Of a stretch of 63,845 nucleotides of DNA, positions 1 to 14,053 are shown piece by piece. Numbering within the stretch: position 1 is the first letter of the stretch; each line of letters opens with the position of its first letter. The stretch is from Podarcis bocagei (lineage: Eukaryota): assembly GCA_964188305.1 (NCBI GenBank), contig OZ076885.1; one strand, 5' to 3'. The translations under genes were made by a program, and so were the position numbers. The notes under the pieces are model-generated. The model ran no database searches. It was not told where the DNA came from and saw only the letters and a list, made by a program, of their open reading frames with translations.

Positions 1-571
1 TCTCTCAAGAATGTCCTGTTAGATATATAACATAATATGGTCTCAGACATATTGGATTTTGGAACAGGAAGCATTTTTCTGGTTTGGCTCTTTGCCATAT
101 GAGAATGGATCTGTAGAAGTAAAAAGAGAATGTGTTCCACCTTACTGGCCTAAGCTGCTCCTAACCTTCAGTTTTGCACTAAAAATATTTTATTAACTAG
201 CTAGAACATATTGCGTGCATAGAGAATATGATATCCAAATTAGCTATTCACAAGTCGAGAGATGAAAGTGAAGTGCTAAATAGGAAGGAAAGGGCTTGTT
301 GTGGTGGCTTATGAAGAATCTCAGCCAAGATTGCACAATGGCATCTCATCTGTGGCTTTGATGCATAGCGTTGTTGGTTTGGAGCATGATAAAGTTTTCT
401 GTTTCTTCTGTTTTCTTGTTGAAAAATCCAACTTGTGTTACACCAGTCTTACGTATTTGAAATCTGGTCAGTGATCTTGTTTTGGAAAATATATGAAAGA
501 ATGTTGTTTAAATATCTAAGGTGTCTGGTGACTAGAATTGCAGGTACAGTATTTAAACTGTTTATTGTATC

Positions 572-600
572 ATGATGATGATGATGATGATGATGATGAT
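572..600. repeat. (ATG)n microsatellite
   Basis: 9 full ATG units. Confidence 0.95.
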
Positions 601-943
601 TACTATCGTTTCCATGCTCAACAATGTTGTTGTTGTTTGGTGTATGAAAGTGTTCACTCTACTTTGTTTTTGCATCCACCATGCAAAAATGTTTCATGAA
701 ACCATTAGAACATTGGCCTTAGCTCAGTGTGTGGAAGGCTGGAGAGCTATGACCTGCTTTTCATTAATATTTGCCGCATCAAGTTTCCTTTTTGAGATGG
801 TGACTGACCCTCTCTTCAGCAGATTCTAGCAGGCTAAAACATACCTTGAACAGAAGGTATCGTCTGATGACTCTTCCATTTCCAAACAATGTTTGGATGG
901 TAGCTGGAAGCCAGATTTTCTAGATTACTAGATTAGTGCCTTG

Positions 944-1130
944 NNNNNNNNNNNNNNNNNNNNNNNNNNNNNNNNNNNNNNNNNNNNNNNNNNNNNNNNN
1001 NNNNNNNNNNNNNNNNNNNNNNNNNNNNNNNNNNNNNNNNNNNNNNNNNNNNNNNNNNNNNNNNNNNNNNNNNNNNNNNNNNNNNNNNNNNNNNNNNNNN
1101 NNNNNNNNNNNNNNNNNNNNNNNNNNNNNN
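944..1130. other. N-run (187 nt gap or mask)
   Basis: Directly visible. Confidence 0.99.
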
Positions 1131-2889
1131 CTCCCTTTATCCATAGAAGATCACAGGGCAGTTCACAACAAATTAGAAAATGAGAACTTGTGCCTGGTTT
1201 TCAGAGTCCATGCTAAAGAGGGTTTAGCATTAGATTCAGTAGTTCAAGAATCCTTTAGAGGAGGCATTAGCATGAATAAGCATTGGTGTTGCATTATAAA
1301 AACTTCAGTAATTCAAAAGTAATGTTGTGATCACTTTCCCACATTTTAAAAATCAATAATTCATACAAACTCCAAGTTGCACTTATACACACATGGTCAG
1401 TTTCTTGGGATTTACCGAGGTAATTTATCATTGGCAGTTGCATTTTAGCCTTTCTGAGGGTAGTTATGCAGTACTTTCTTACTGCATAACTACCCTCAGG
1501 TAGTTATGGGTTTTTTTACAGGGTGGGGTTTTTTTTTTTTAAAAAAAAAAAGAGTTGGGGAAGCCATATTCAAGTAACTATTCATTCACCTTAAAAAAAT
1601 AATACCCCTAGAAAGTCCCAAAGCTATTATTTTAGAAGAAAGCTGTCCATTCATCAAATAGCAAGGCATTGTTGCAGATGAAGTGGTATGTCCTTGCTGA
1701 TGTCTGCCACATTTTTAAAGGAGTTTTATACTGCAGTTGTACAGTGTGTGAGCAGCTTGACTTCGTACAAAAAATTAAGCAATTTTCAAAGGTCACAAAA
1801 CAAGGCAGCCATGGGGGGGGGGGAGGAGGTACTGTTTACCTAGTGGTGTCACAGGTACTCCCAGACAACTGCCTACATTTTTCTCACAATTGCTATGTTC
1901 TATCTAAATTGCACATTCAGTCTGAGCAGCTCCCCTCCCCATGGGTGTTTGGAATAAGATGTGCCTAGTATGCAGTAGTGGTGAGGCTGTGACAAATCAT
2001 GCCCCTGTTTTACTGCTGGCAGACTGTTAACACAAGATTTGCATGTCAGCATGTCTGCTATTCATATTGCCAATAAGTGTTTACTTACTTCAATGGCCAC
2101 TTACTTGTTAAAAGCTGAATCTAAAATAAGTGGCCATTTATACTGGAGAGCGATTTAGTCAGTTCAGTACATGCTAAATCATTTCCTTTCTTCAATGGCA
2201 GGGATTACAATTCAGTTTGCTTTTTGAAATGCTGTATAAATTATAAGTGTTGCCTATTTTACATATTTACTTACCTGATTTAATCACACATGTTCTTGAA
2301 TAACTAACAGCTGATTTGAATTTCCTGTAACTTATTTAGCTGAAATGACAAGCTTATCAAAAAGTGCATGCAAACAGACATCTCTGCTCCATAAGCCGTT
2401 TAAGTGATCTCTTTCTGTATTCAGCAAAGTTACAATAAAAATCTGTTCCTTGTCCCAACTTTTGCAGTTCCTAACTTTCAATGCACTGTGTATTTTAGAG
2501 AGCCTTCAGCAATGAAAATGTCCTATTAAAGTTTTAATCTCAGCCATTAAAGACATGCTGATTCTGCAAGGGAAACTTTAACTGTGCTACCACTCAGACC
2601 CACTTAAGGTTACATCAACAGTTTTCTTTAAAGTAGGAAGTGATTTGTAACTAGGGAACTGTATAGAATAGAATTGAAGGGAAGCAGTTTTGTATTATGA
2701 ATGCTGAAGAAAGCACCAGTTGCTTGTGCATATTCCTAAAGTTGTCGCCTTTTGTCGCCTGGCTTCATGAGTTTTGTTCGAGAACTAGTTTAACGTAAGT
2801 TTTAGAACCATCACCCAACCCACTGAGATAAGAGAATGAGTCACACCAATGATATATAAAAAGTATAAATACAGACATTGCATTTTTAA

Positions 2890-3098
2890 CCTGTGCATCT
2901 CCAAGATGCTCAGAACAGCTTGCAAGTTCTTCTTACTTCTCACTTCACATTTTAGCCTAATAACCACCCTGAGAGATAGGTTAGGCCCAGAGAGTGGATG
3001 GTCCAAGGTCACACAGTGAGCTAAATGGCTGAGTGGGAATTTGAACCTGGATTTCCCCAGCCGCAGTCCAACACTATTAACTGCTCCACTAGCCTGGC
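2890..3098 (-). mobile_element. Decayed tRNA/CORE SINE
   Basis: Antisense ccaaggtcacacagtgag...gggaatttgaacctgg (B-box/CORE-like); boundaries approximate. Confidence 0.6.
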
Positions 3099-6000
3099 TT
3101 TCCTTGTTAGTTGTGGCTATACAGTATTTTCTAATGCATTCCTATTGACATTTTCTTATTTATACTTTACTCCCGCTTCTATTACAGTTGCAATCCCTGA
3201 CCTCCAATTTTATCTTGCCCAAGCATTGCACTTTTCTGCAGCTGACCTCTGTACCACCTCCTAAAAACAGCCTGTGGCAATACAGTGTTGGAGAATGTTA
3301 TGTACTGAAGTTCTCACCCTGGGCCAGCAGGGGGATACTGGATTGAAAGTGACGTTCAGTGATTGGATAGTTTTAGAAAATGGTTACTGTTGCGTTCTAG
3401 TGGAGCTCTATATAAGCAGGCTGGCTGAACCCTTCAGTTCAGTTATGTTCTGGCCTGTGAATAAACAAGAGCTGTTTGAAGAATCGCTGTGTCGTCTAAT
3501 ATGTTTACCCACAAGTTAACAGAGAACATGGCCTTGCGCTCCCCCCCCCTTTCTATTTCACTTTCTTCAAGTGGGGTACTGCCTTCATGAAATGGATTGG
3601 GAATAGGCTTACAGACCTCACATTTTCGTTCTTTTAGAGGCCAGTGATGTTGGTATTGGGGGAAGGAACACATCATTTGCCAACCTCATGTGGTTCCTCT
3701 ATAGATGTTTGTTGGATCACTGTGGTGCGTGCTTGGTCATAGAGAAGCAGGTCTCATATTGCTCTATTAATGCTTGAATTAGAATGAGATCTGCCTGCAT
3801 CATGTATTATCTGTCTTTTCAAAGGAGCTACATTAGGGTTGCAACTACCTGGAACTTCCACACCAAGTTGTGTTCATTTTTCCAAAACTCACCAGGGCAA
3901 ACTTCTGGTTCTAGCTTCTGTACTAATGCCAACGTACCCAGCTGCTGCTCTGTGGAGAGAGTGTAAACTGATTACTTGGGAAGGGGGGACCCTTTGTTCT
4001 TATTTCCAGCTCTTGAAACACCCATTAATTAGTCATTGGCATAAGTTTTGAGGTTGTTTGAGGTGGGTGTTGTTTGCTTGAGCCTGTGTTGACCTTCTGA
4101 ATCTAAATCTGTACCTTAAAGCCAAGAGTTGCAAACCAAGGTAGCAGCAACCAACTCTTACCATTGTAAACATGCTGTTGCAGCCACATTAATAATTATT
4201 TTTATTACATTTTGAGGGTGAGCTATTATCAGGTCTAATAGTTTCTTTAGATACAGTACCTAGGTTGACATGGCAGCCAAGTGAATTTTATTTAGGGCAA
4301 AAACACAAAAATCTCTACAAAATACGTCATGCAGCCAAATGTGTTAGTTATCAAACATTAAATGACACATAGTTTGTATGAACTGGCCTTTTGTGCCATT
4401 GCGTTGCTAAAAATACATTTCAAACTCCAAAATTGCTGCAAAACTCACTATATCTCAAAACTGAAACATATTCATCACTTTGTAGTCAGAAAAACATTGA
4501 AAGGTTTAGAACTATAGAAATGGCACCTAGTGTTATCTTTTTAAAGTTATAAAACAATTCTTTATAAATTAGTGTTGTTTTTATATCTGTTTTTTCATCA
4601 GCATGTTTAGTATTTCTAATGATGTTGGAGTGTGTATGCTTCCACATGGGTTCACACACATAATTATGCACATCTTTCACATTCTCAGTCTTCTGAACCT
4701 TAAGTATTTAATAAAATGTAATTACTGATACAGCTGGGAGTTATTTAAACATGGTCAAATTTTAAAGGATGGTAGTTAAAACTAGCTTTAGTATGATCAG
4801 CTAAAGCTAAATGTTGTTTGAAAGGTGTAATGTGTGTGTTCATTTTTCTTTTCTCTCTCCATCCATAAATATACACAAGTGCACAGTCACCTTTACCATG
4901 AAATATACTGTTTGTAAAAGTGCCTGATTTGTTGCTGCTAATCTTTGCAGTCCATATGTCACAGATAAATATGATTATACAAACCTTTTATGAAAGTTTT
5001 TTTTTGTTTTAATGAAAGATTTCTTTATTCTTAATGACCATGTTGAATAATTTTCAGTGGTGTATAAGAGGTATTTGATTTTATCAAATGTTTTCATTCA
5101 GGTGGTTCAGTAATAAACCTGATTTAATTGAAAACCTTAAGAGCCCCACTAGATGGCAATCTCGGCAATTGATGCTGCAATGCTTTCTGCTTAGGTTGAC
5201 AACAACTTATGGAAATTAATCTTGAATTCATTTTGAGGTCACAGATCCAAGAAAAGCATTCCATATATCTGCAGTATCACAGAACCTATGAAAGAAGTGT
5301 TTAAATCTGCCCAGATTGTGAATCTGGTAGCATATTGCTCGTTCACTAATAGATATTTATATTTTAAAGCAGAATATAAAATGGTCCTACTAACCTGATT
5401 TTTACTGATAAAAATAAAGCTGTCTGATGGCAGTGACTTCAAAAAGTGGTTCTATTATTTCCTCTGTTTAACCTTACTGGGTGACGACTTGGCTACAGTG
5501 CAAAAAAGTTGAATCATAATTCTTAAAATATGTAACTTCACCTTTTATCACCCACACACAAATACATATAAGCAGTCTCCATAAGTATTCGTTCTTTTTC
5601 CAAGGAGAGGTGAAGAGTGGTCTTTCAATTATAAGGATTCTTATTCAGCCATATACATTAAAATATTATTCATGGGAAAGCCCAGTATGAAGAACTTTAA
5701 GGGGTTTTTTTTACTTGAATTCACCAGACCAAACTATAATGTAGTTAATGGAAATGGGCTTCTCTCCAAGCTGATCAAACTGAGCTGGTAAACATTTGCC
5801 AAGTTAAAATTATTTCTAGCCTGAAAATTAAGTTTGCTGTGTTTGGTATAGTATTGCTCATGGAACAGCTGAGAATCCTGATTCGTGCTGTTGATATTTT
5901 TAATTAACTAGCTATCTGTACATTTTTGTTTGAAAGATGGATTTCCATTCATTGATAAAGGGCAGAATGTCAAAGAGGGATTTTGGAGGCGTGGGGGAAG

Positions 6001-9000
6001 GTTGAGCTTAATTTTGAACAAAGTGTTTGATTATTTCTGTCCTGGTGCTTTTAAGGGTAGCAACTTCAGGATTGATTTGTTGGGCAGCCTGATCACAAGG
6101 GACTGCTTCAGTTGCAGCAGTTCACATAGGCTTATGCTGCTGCACTTAAAAGTGCCATTCAGTAGACACACATTCAGCTCTGCTCCACTTGTCATTGAAA
6201 AGCCCTGCAACTCCCCTTACTCCAGCTACTTCCCGAGTGCAGCTACATGCTTATTCAGCAGGTTCAAGGCTGCCTGTGCCCTCAAACATCTGTTGTGTCA
6301 AGTGTGGTGGTTGTGTCAGGGTGGTGTGGATTTTTCCAAGTGCTGTCAGAGGCAGAACCTCCAGATTTTAGAAGCTGTTTCAGCAAAGCAGCTCATCGTG
6401 CCATTAAACACATTAAATGTTCCCAAGTCATTTCAGTCAAAGTTGTGGCTGGGTTTGCTTTCGTACACCAAAACTGTTTTACACAGCTGATAGCTCCCAC
6501 CTCTGGGGAACCTGGATATACTTTTATATTGCTATTACTACAGTATAGTGTTGCAGATAAATTAGAAACCTTGCTAGCTACACTTCAGCATCCCATCACA
6601 ACAGCAGCTTGAGCAAGCTGGCACTTGCCCAGAAGAAATGGCTATTCATCCTGGATGAGCATTTTGCTGCAAGCCTCCAAAGTAGAGCTGGGGAAGTGGT
6701 GCCTCATATTCCTGATTGGACTCACTAGGTCTCATCGAATGATACTAGGTGTGAGGCATGTAAAGGTAGGGTTTGAATGAAAGGCGCTTTGCAGGCACCG
6801 CAATCAGGTGGTGCTTTCAAAGCTCCTTGCACATGTGCTGCCCAGGCACCGACTATCAGCGCTTGGGAACCACTGCATGCATTCCCACCCACTTTTGGCT
6901 TGATTTCAAACTGTGTGGGCAAACATGGATCACCTGACACCGTTATGCAATTGATAAGGGGGTGGGTCAACTGTCATCACACTTGGCCTGTGGGCATATG
7001 TGGAAATAAGGACCTGACCCTCCCGCCAGATCCAGTTCCCCACTCCTGCTCCAAAGGAATGTATTCAGGGTTGTTCTTACAGTGGGATACTTGCTAGACA
7101 TGTGAATGTCAATAATGAAAGACTTCATATAATATGAAATTTAGTAAATATTGTGGGAAATACACTGGCACATGAACACATATTAAACTTACGATTTTCA
7201 GCCCTTCTGTTGTCAGTGAACATATTTTATTAATTGAGGGTTACATCAAAAGCATATCTTTGCCATCTTCCCTTTAAATATTTTTTCTGCCTCAACCATA
7301 AGATACTCAAACTTCAGCAGTCATATTTTTCTGTGATCCTTGATACTGCTACTAGCAAAATGGTGCTCTTTTTTGTTTATTTTGGTCCTAAACTATCATA
7401 GCACCTTATCCCCTGCTTGTTGAATAATACAGATTATTATTTATAGATTTAATATTATACATTAGGAAATCAAGGCATATCCTGTGAAGTACAATTTTGC
7501 ATTTCAAACTATTTGATAGTGTCCCTTGAATTTTCTATTCCTGCGTTCTTTGTGAGTCAGAAGTAAATTATTTGCTGTCTTTGAAGTAGATCCTGGAAAT
7601 AGTTTCTACAAGTATCTTTTACAGCTGAAATTTAGCATATCAAAGCATTTTTTTCTTATGGTGTACACATTTATATAATGATTCACTTGTGAGATTGAAA
7701 CAGTATTGTGAGTTGAAAAGTAGTAAGGGAGTTTGCATAGTTGTAAATGGCAATACTCAAAAAAGGAATTATTTATGAAGGGCAAGTATCTGGAGGTTTT
7801 AATGAAACATTTGTCCAGGATCTTAATGCTCTTTCTTGCTATTTTAAATTTTACAATATCTGCAATTGAAGATTATTACTTTTTCCCTAGGCTCAGCTGT
7901 ATTTTCTTGCTTCCATCACAATGAAGCTAAGCCTTCCATAGCTACCTATTGCCCGAACTTATAATAGAATATCCTAGGTAGCTATGGATATTACAGGCTG
8001 TTTCTGGTTTGTCCTTAATTGGGAAAAGGAAATGTTTAAGTTTAACTGATGTAGAAATTGTGGAGAAATGGTATACAACTAGGCATAGGCATTATAACCT
8101 GAAAACTTGCAAACCACATTGCTCATATAGAGTAGTTTTAAAGTGATAGATTAAGGAGCATTTTATTTAACTTTTGATAGTTGAGTAATGGCTGTGAAAA
8201 CTCTCAAACTATCTAATTCAGAAAGTAGCAGCAAAAGGTCTGTTTATATATATTATATATTTATGTATTTATATATTTAAATTGCTACTTCATTCTGAAA
8301 GTACTTTGCATTCTATATTCTTTTGGCATTGCACATGGACAGCAAATATATAAGGGCCAATTCTTATATGCATGTTCCTCACATGCAAGTTATCATCACT
8401 CAATATAAATGAAACACCACTGAACTTTCTCATTGATCAATATCATCTTAAGCACAGTGCTCATCAGTTGAGTAAGTTCATATATTCAGTTGTTGGCCAT
8501 TGACTGATGAGAAATCAAGTAATTGTATATGCATATACAACCCTTAGTTTGCATATGGCCTCTGTGTAGTCCCACATATTGGTTCTGAGTCTGTGCAGAG
8601 CACCATAGGGAATCTTCTAGCACTAACCCAGTAATGTTTGTTTTTTGGCCTCGGAGCCCACCTAGCAGCCAGGGTGCATGTTTGTTAGAATATGGCCTGT
8701 GCCTTTGAAGTGGGTTCCTCTCAGGGAAGCTTGCATGGTACCAACTTCGTCATTCTTCTGGTGTTTTTATTCTCCTGGACATTTGGTCAGCATTAATGAT
8801 CTGGCTTTTGGTCACTTATTTTTTGGTGTTTGTGCTTAAGTGCGTGAAGTGGTTGTTTTATATATGTGTGTGTGTGTATTATTTAAAGGACTTTCTGATT
8901 TATTTCATGTCTTTGCATGTAAATTACTATGGGATTTCCTTTGGCTTTGTTAAGCAGTGCATACATTGAATAAACTAACATAGAACATAATATTTAGGTG

Positions 9001-9296
9001 AGATACATTCTGGAATAATGATTTAAGCTCCACCAAAGGACTATGAATTCAACAAACAAGCAGTGGTATATTTTTGAAGGAAACAAGCCTTTTGAAATAG
9101 AGACAGGAAGGAGTTACTTGCACAAGGAAGAACGGAAGCTATAACGGCAACAGGAAGCCATCCCATGATCTGCCTGAGAGACAGCAGATGGGACATGCAA
9201 ATGTAACATCCACAAAGCAAAACATAAAAATGGAGAAGCAACAGGAATAGACTCCATACTTCTCACTCCAATGGGCATCAACCACTCTAACCACAG

Positions 9297-9530
9297 GACA
9301 GAAGAATCCCTTCTAGATCAGACCCAAAGACCTTATCTAGTCCAGCATTCTGTTTCCTTCAGAGACATACCAGATGCTTCCAGGAAGCCCTTAATAAGGA
9401 TATGACAGCAAACATTGCTCTCCTACTGTTGTTTCCCAGGAACTGGTAGTTGGAGAAATGCTGCGTCTAATTTGGGAGTGTAGCTTATAACCACTGTAAC
9501 TCATAGCCATTAATAACCTTGTCTTCCAAA
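9297..9530 (-). mobile_element. CR1-like LINE 3' fragment
   Basis: gatcagacccaaag...atctagtccagcattctgttt pattern typical of antisense reptile CR1 3' ends (recall). Confidence 0.55.
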
Positions 9531-12500
9531 AATATGGCAACTCCAGAGTGGGCACCTGGCTTACACCTTGGATACTTGCTGTAGGGCTCATTTATGAGCT
9601 GCATTAAACTGGGAGTGGGGAAGATCCTTGTCTCATTGCCCATTGAACGGAGGCCAGAGGAACATGGTGATGGTAATGAGTCGTGAGCTGCTGCCACCCA
9701 TGTTTATTCATTTCTTTTCTTACATTTTTATAGGCACTCCATAGCAGGAGTTATTTGGGCAAGCTCACAAATGAAAACAAACATTAAAATGCAGTATAAA
9801 ACAGTAATAACCAAAGCAAATTAATTAATCTGAAACACAACTGAAAAGAACTTTAGTCACAACACTTTGTCACAGGCATTCATTAGGTGTTGGTGGGTGC
9901 ATTCTTGAGAGAAGATACTGCAATTTGGTAATTTTTCATTCTCTGTGTCTCAGACTAGCTCCTCGGTTCCCTTGTGTCTGTGTTCAAAGCTTCCCCTATT
10001 GTGACAATACTCTCCTATCTAATGTAGGGAGTTGCACTGGAATTCTGTCTGGTTTCTTCCTCCCCCGCTTTCCATGTGTCCTGGTATAGATTACCTGGAA
10101 TGGCTGGTATTCGCCAATAAAATATATCTTGTGCTTCCCCATTGCCTGCACTGTTACATAGTTGGAACTTACTGTATGTTGTGGTTCATGGCCATCAGGA
10201 CCCTCTTACAGAAGTTGCAGGTATGCATTGTGAATGGGACGCTATTCCTACCCATTGTGTAAGGGAGGATTATTGCCCATGCACTTTCCCTCTCACAGGT
10301 AGGAAGCAGGAAAGACACAGTCTCCAGCTATGGGCATTTATTTGAGTGTTCTCTGTTGACCCATCCATACACATTCTTAGTTGTCTGGGCATTCCTTGTC
10401 CTTGAAGCCCAGTTATAGCCGTGGAGTTGGGGTTTCTGTTTGGGTGTGCTGAGGTTTGCGTTTGCAGGTTGGAAAGGAGTTCTGAGAAGACAAGTGGGTG
10501 ATGTTAGGGCTGGCAGAGTTCTCATCCGGCAAATTTTTCTTGACTACTTAAGTTCTTTAGACATGAGGACCGAATGATGTAGCCCTCTGTCATGTGCAGG
10601 CAAAGTTAAACTGTATACAGTAATAGTATAACACAAATGTAATGTTAGCACTGTGTCAGCATATATACAGTAGTATATAAAATGAATGAATGAATAATAA
10701 CGGGATTTTGTAGCACTCCTATCCACATCTAGCAGGAGTAATTTGAGAATAGGATTAAACTATAAGTAAGAAATATTTTTTTCTAAGTTTTTCCAAGTTT
10801 AAAGGAAACATCTATTCATATTTGTTAGCTTTTTAAGAAATACGGGATAGTCATCATTTGGATATCATGGTCCAAAAGCAATACTCATAGTACTGCTTTT
10901 AATTTTAGTGTTCTAGCTTCAACAAAGTAGTGTGAACTCTTGCTTAATTTGATTTTGCATTTCAGCATTTGAACATTTGTAAGGCTCTTGTATTGTGGCC
11001 CATCTGAGTTACCATAGAAACCAGAGACCTTCATCCTTGTTATTAGAAATGGAATGCAAACAGGGCATCAAAGCAATGTTTTCCCTGTATGAATGGCAGC
11101 CCTAGACAATCCAAACTTGAACGATTTTTATTGGTTCTTCTCTGTCATGGAATGTAATATTTAAAGCACCAGGCAGCCCCCCCTCCCCCAAAAGAGTAAA
11201 CAGGGCAGAAAGCAAATTTGTGGTATCAATGGCAGTTCCTTTTTGGTGTGTGAATGTAACTTGTGGACTGGCCTATTTTCCTTGCACAGAGGGTTTGTTT
11301 TATTATCAGCTTAAGGTGTTCTAAGAAAGCTGCTCTGCAAATAAAATGTGGGAGCAAGTGCTGCTGCTGCAAGTTGAGTGGCTTTGGGTAAAAAATACCC
11401 AGTGCAGTGCCTAGTGTATTCTTTTGCATAAAAAAGCCTGTTCACTACATCTCTTTAAGAACGAGATGTAATTTTAAAAAATGTAATCATTCAGGAGACT
11501 ATCCATCTGACAGATGTGTTTACAAGATTTTATACAACTTTCCATCCTCTGTATATGACTGTGCATTCAGCAGTATTTCAGGGAATATTAATGCCTGGTC
11601 TCCATGACAAAGAACCTCTGAAATGCACCACTAAATGCTGACTGACTCAGCTGCCTTTGTGCCTCAAAATGAATTTCTAATATAGGCTAAGAATATGTCT
11701 TTCTAAACAACTTGCTCATCAACAAAAAAGCAAGCTCAGTCAGCACCGTTTGTGAGGATAGGGACATTTTAATGGTGTGTTTATTTGGCGGTTGTGAGTG
11801 GAGGAGAGAATAATAATCTAGGGACACTTCCTGTACTGTATGATGCTTTTTTTAACCGTCACCTATGCATGGGACATGGGCTCAGAACAGAAATCACACC
11901 TATGGCAACTTCTACATTTATTTTCATGAGGTGCCATGAGGCGCTTTAATATTAAACTTGCTGTTTTCCCTAACATTTCTGTCCATTCTTTATTAACTCA
12001 GGGTGGTCCTTTAGACACCCATGTGGGTAGACAGAGGTATTAATTCAAATTCCTATGCAAATATAGGATGTCTAACCTTGTCTTAGGCGAGTCACTGTGA
12101 AACCTTCTTATTTTCCCTCCAGTCCATCCATGCCTTCAAAGACACACATGTTTGCTTAGTAGTACATTCTCCAAATTTCATTCTTTGGAAACATTTTCCA
12201 TGTTGATGGATAAATATCTGTACCTAGTGATGTTAGTGAGGAAGGTGGTTCTTCTGTACTTTAAAGTTTCGTTGCTAGAGCTTCCTTTGAAGGTACTGTT
12301 TATTTCCTCTGCTTTTCCCTAATGGTTTTCAGAATTCACAGTTCCAATGGTTGGCTCTGTGTTTTATGAAATTCTTAAATACTTTATATTTTTGTTAGGC
12401 ATTTGGGGTTCTAACCCCCTCATGATTTTGTAATAGTTCATTTCCTTTACAATAAATAATACTCTGATATCTCTGAAGTCATGTTTGTTACTGTTTTGTG

Positions 12501-13799
12501 ATGAAGAGGTATGTGTTCGTGTATACACAATTGCTATTTTAATTTGTTAAAGTTAACATTTGGGGTCCTCAGTATTCTGTTTGGGTTGTAGACACTGGAT
12601 AACCAATTTAAACACAAAACAGGGCAGTGATCTTTTAGAAAACATTAATTAGTGTGAACACAAATCTGTGGAAAGTGTAATATAAATAAATGCATGCATT
12701 AACTGGCTGATAAACTAGCACAAGGACAATTAGCTCTGAGCTAACTTTTTAAAGTCTGGTGGAACAGAATAAACTCTGCTCCAGTAAAGGGGGGGGGGAA
12801 GGCTAGTGATTGAAAAACAATAACCCTGCAGTAATACATGAATGAATAGGTAGAACCAATATCTTCACTTGCTGCAAGCACACAACCTCCCCCAAGAAAT
12901 TAGGAAGCTCTAAGGGTTATGGGAATTGGAGTTCTGGGGGGGTAAACGATGGCTCCCAGAGGGGAAGTCATGTACTTTAAATGTATGGTGTGTACTCAAC
13001 CCAAGAATGAGTCGATCACTAGTGGTTGAGCACAGCAACCACAGAATATTACAAAATCAGTTATGGTCATTTGTATTGTTGCAGTTCACACATTTAAGAA
13101 GTGGAGAATTTGTCCACATTTTCCCTGTGGTAAATTGGTTGGCTGTATTTATCCAGAGTGTGCAACGCTTAAAAAACCTCTGATCATATTATGGATTGCT
13201 TCAGTTCTGGGTTTCTCGTGTTTTTTGTTTTTTTCATTTTTGTGTAAGGGGGGGGGGGGACCAGCAGCACCTCATCATTATAAACAAGCATAAGGGGAAA
13301 AATAGTATTCTTGGAGGAGGCTATATTATTAATAGACCCAGCTTTAAGAGTAGGCTGTCATTTATGTGCTCAGTGTTGAAAAACAGATAAATCTAATGTT
13401 TGCTAACCAGTTTTTATTGGAAAGGGAAGGGAAATTACATTTTTTAAAAAGTTTTATTTTATATTCTCACTGGACAGTTATTCTGTAATGTCATGCTTGA
13501 TTCGCTGAACACTCTTCAGTTGGGAAGATTCCACAATGAAGGGAGAGCACCTCAACGTGCATATTGATATGATGAATAATTTCTCAGTTGTTAAAACCTG
13601 CATTTTTGGTAGTTGTTTTCATTTGCTTGAGTTTTATGGAAAGGCAGGGAGAGCTAGTCATTGGCCGTTACCGAGATCTGGGTGAACTAGACCCAGCTTA
13701 GCTCTGCTCGCTTAGGTATTCAGTGCAGCACCAATTCAGATGAGGTGGGGGGATGTTTCAGTTTTCCATAAAAATTCCATGTCTCTCATTAGGAGACCA

Positions 13800-14053
13800 A
13801 ATAAATTAAAAAATTAAAAAATTGTCCAGTAGCACCTTAGAGACCAACTAAGTTTGTTCTGGGTGTAAGCTTTCGTGTGCATGCACACTTCTTCAGATAA
13901 ATGGTGTCTTCAGATGGTATCTAAAGAAGTGTGCATGCACATGAAAGCTTATACCCAAAACAAACTTAGTTGGTCTCTAAGGTGCTACTGAACATTGTTT
14001 TAAATTTATTTATTTATTTCGTCTGCGTCAGACCAACATGGCTATGTACCTGA
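13800..14053. mobile_element. Palindromic Penelope-like element remnant, copy 1
   Basis: Long inverted repeat plus a unique tail ending gaccaacatggcta; 12-bp TSD ATTAGGAGACCA at 13788-13799 and 14054-14065. Confidence 0.8.

Noticed and set aside
572-829. Poly-Met ORF
   Set aside because: Product of the (ATG)n microsatellite
920-1322. ORFs spanning N-runs (also 52704-53374 and 53895-54327)
   Set aside because: Artefacts of unknown bases
5930-6612. 186-aa and 121-aa ORFs on the + strand
   Set aside because: Non-ATG starts, no recognisable domain, no splice fit to PHF21A; intronic chance ORFs
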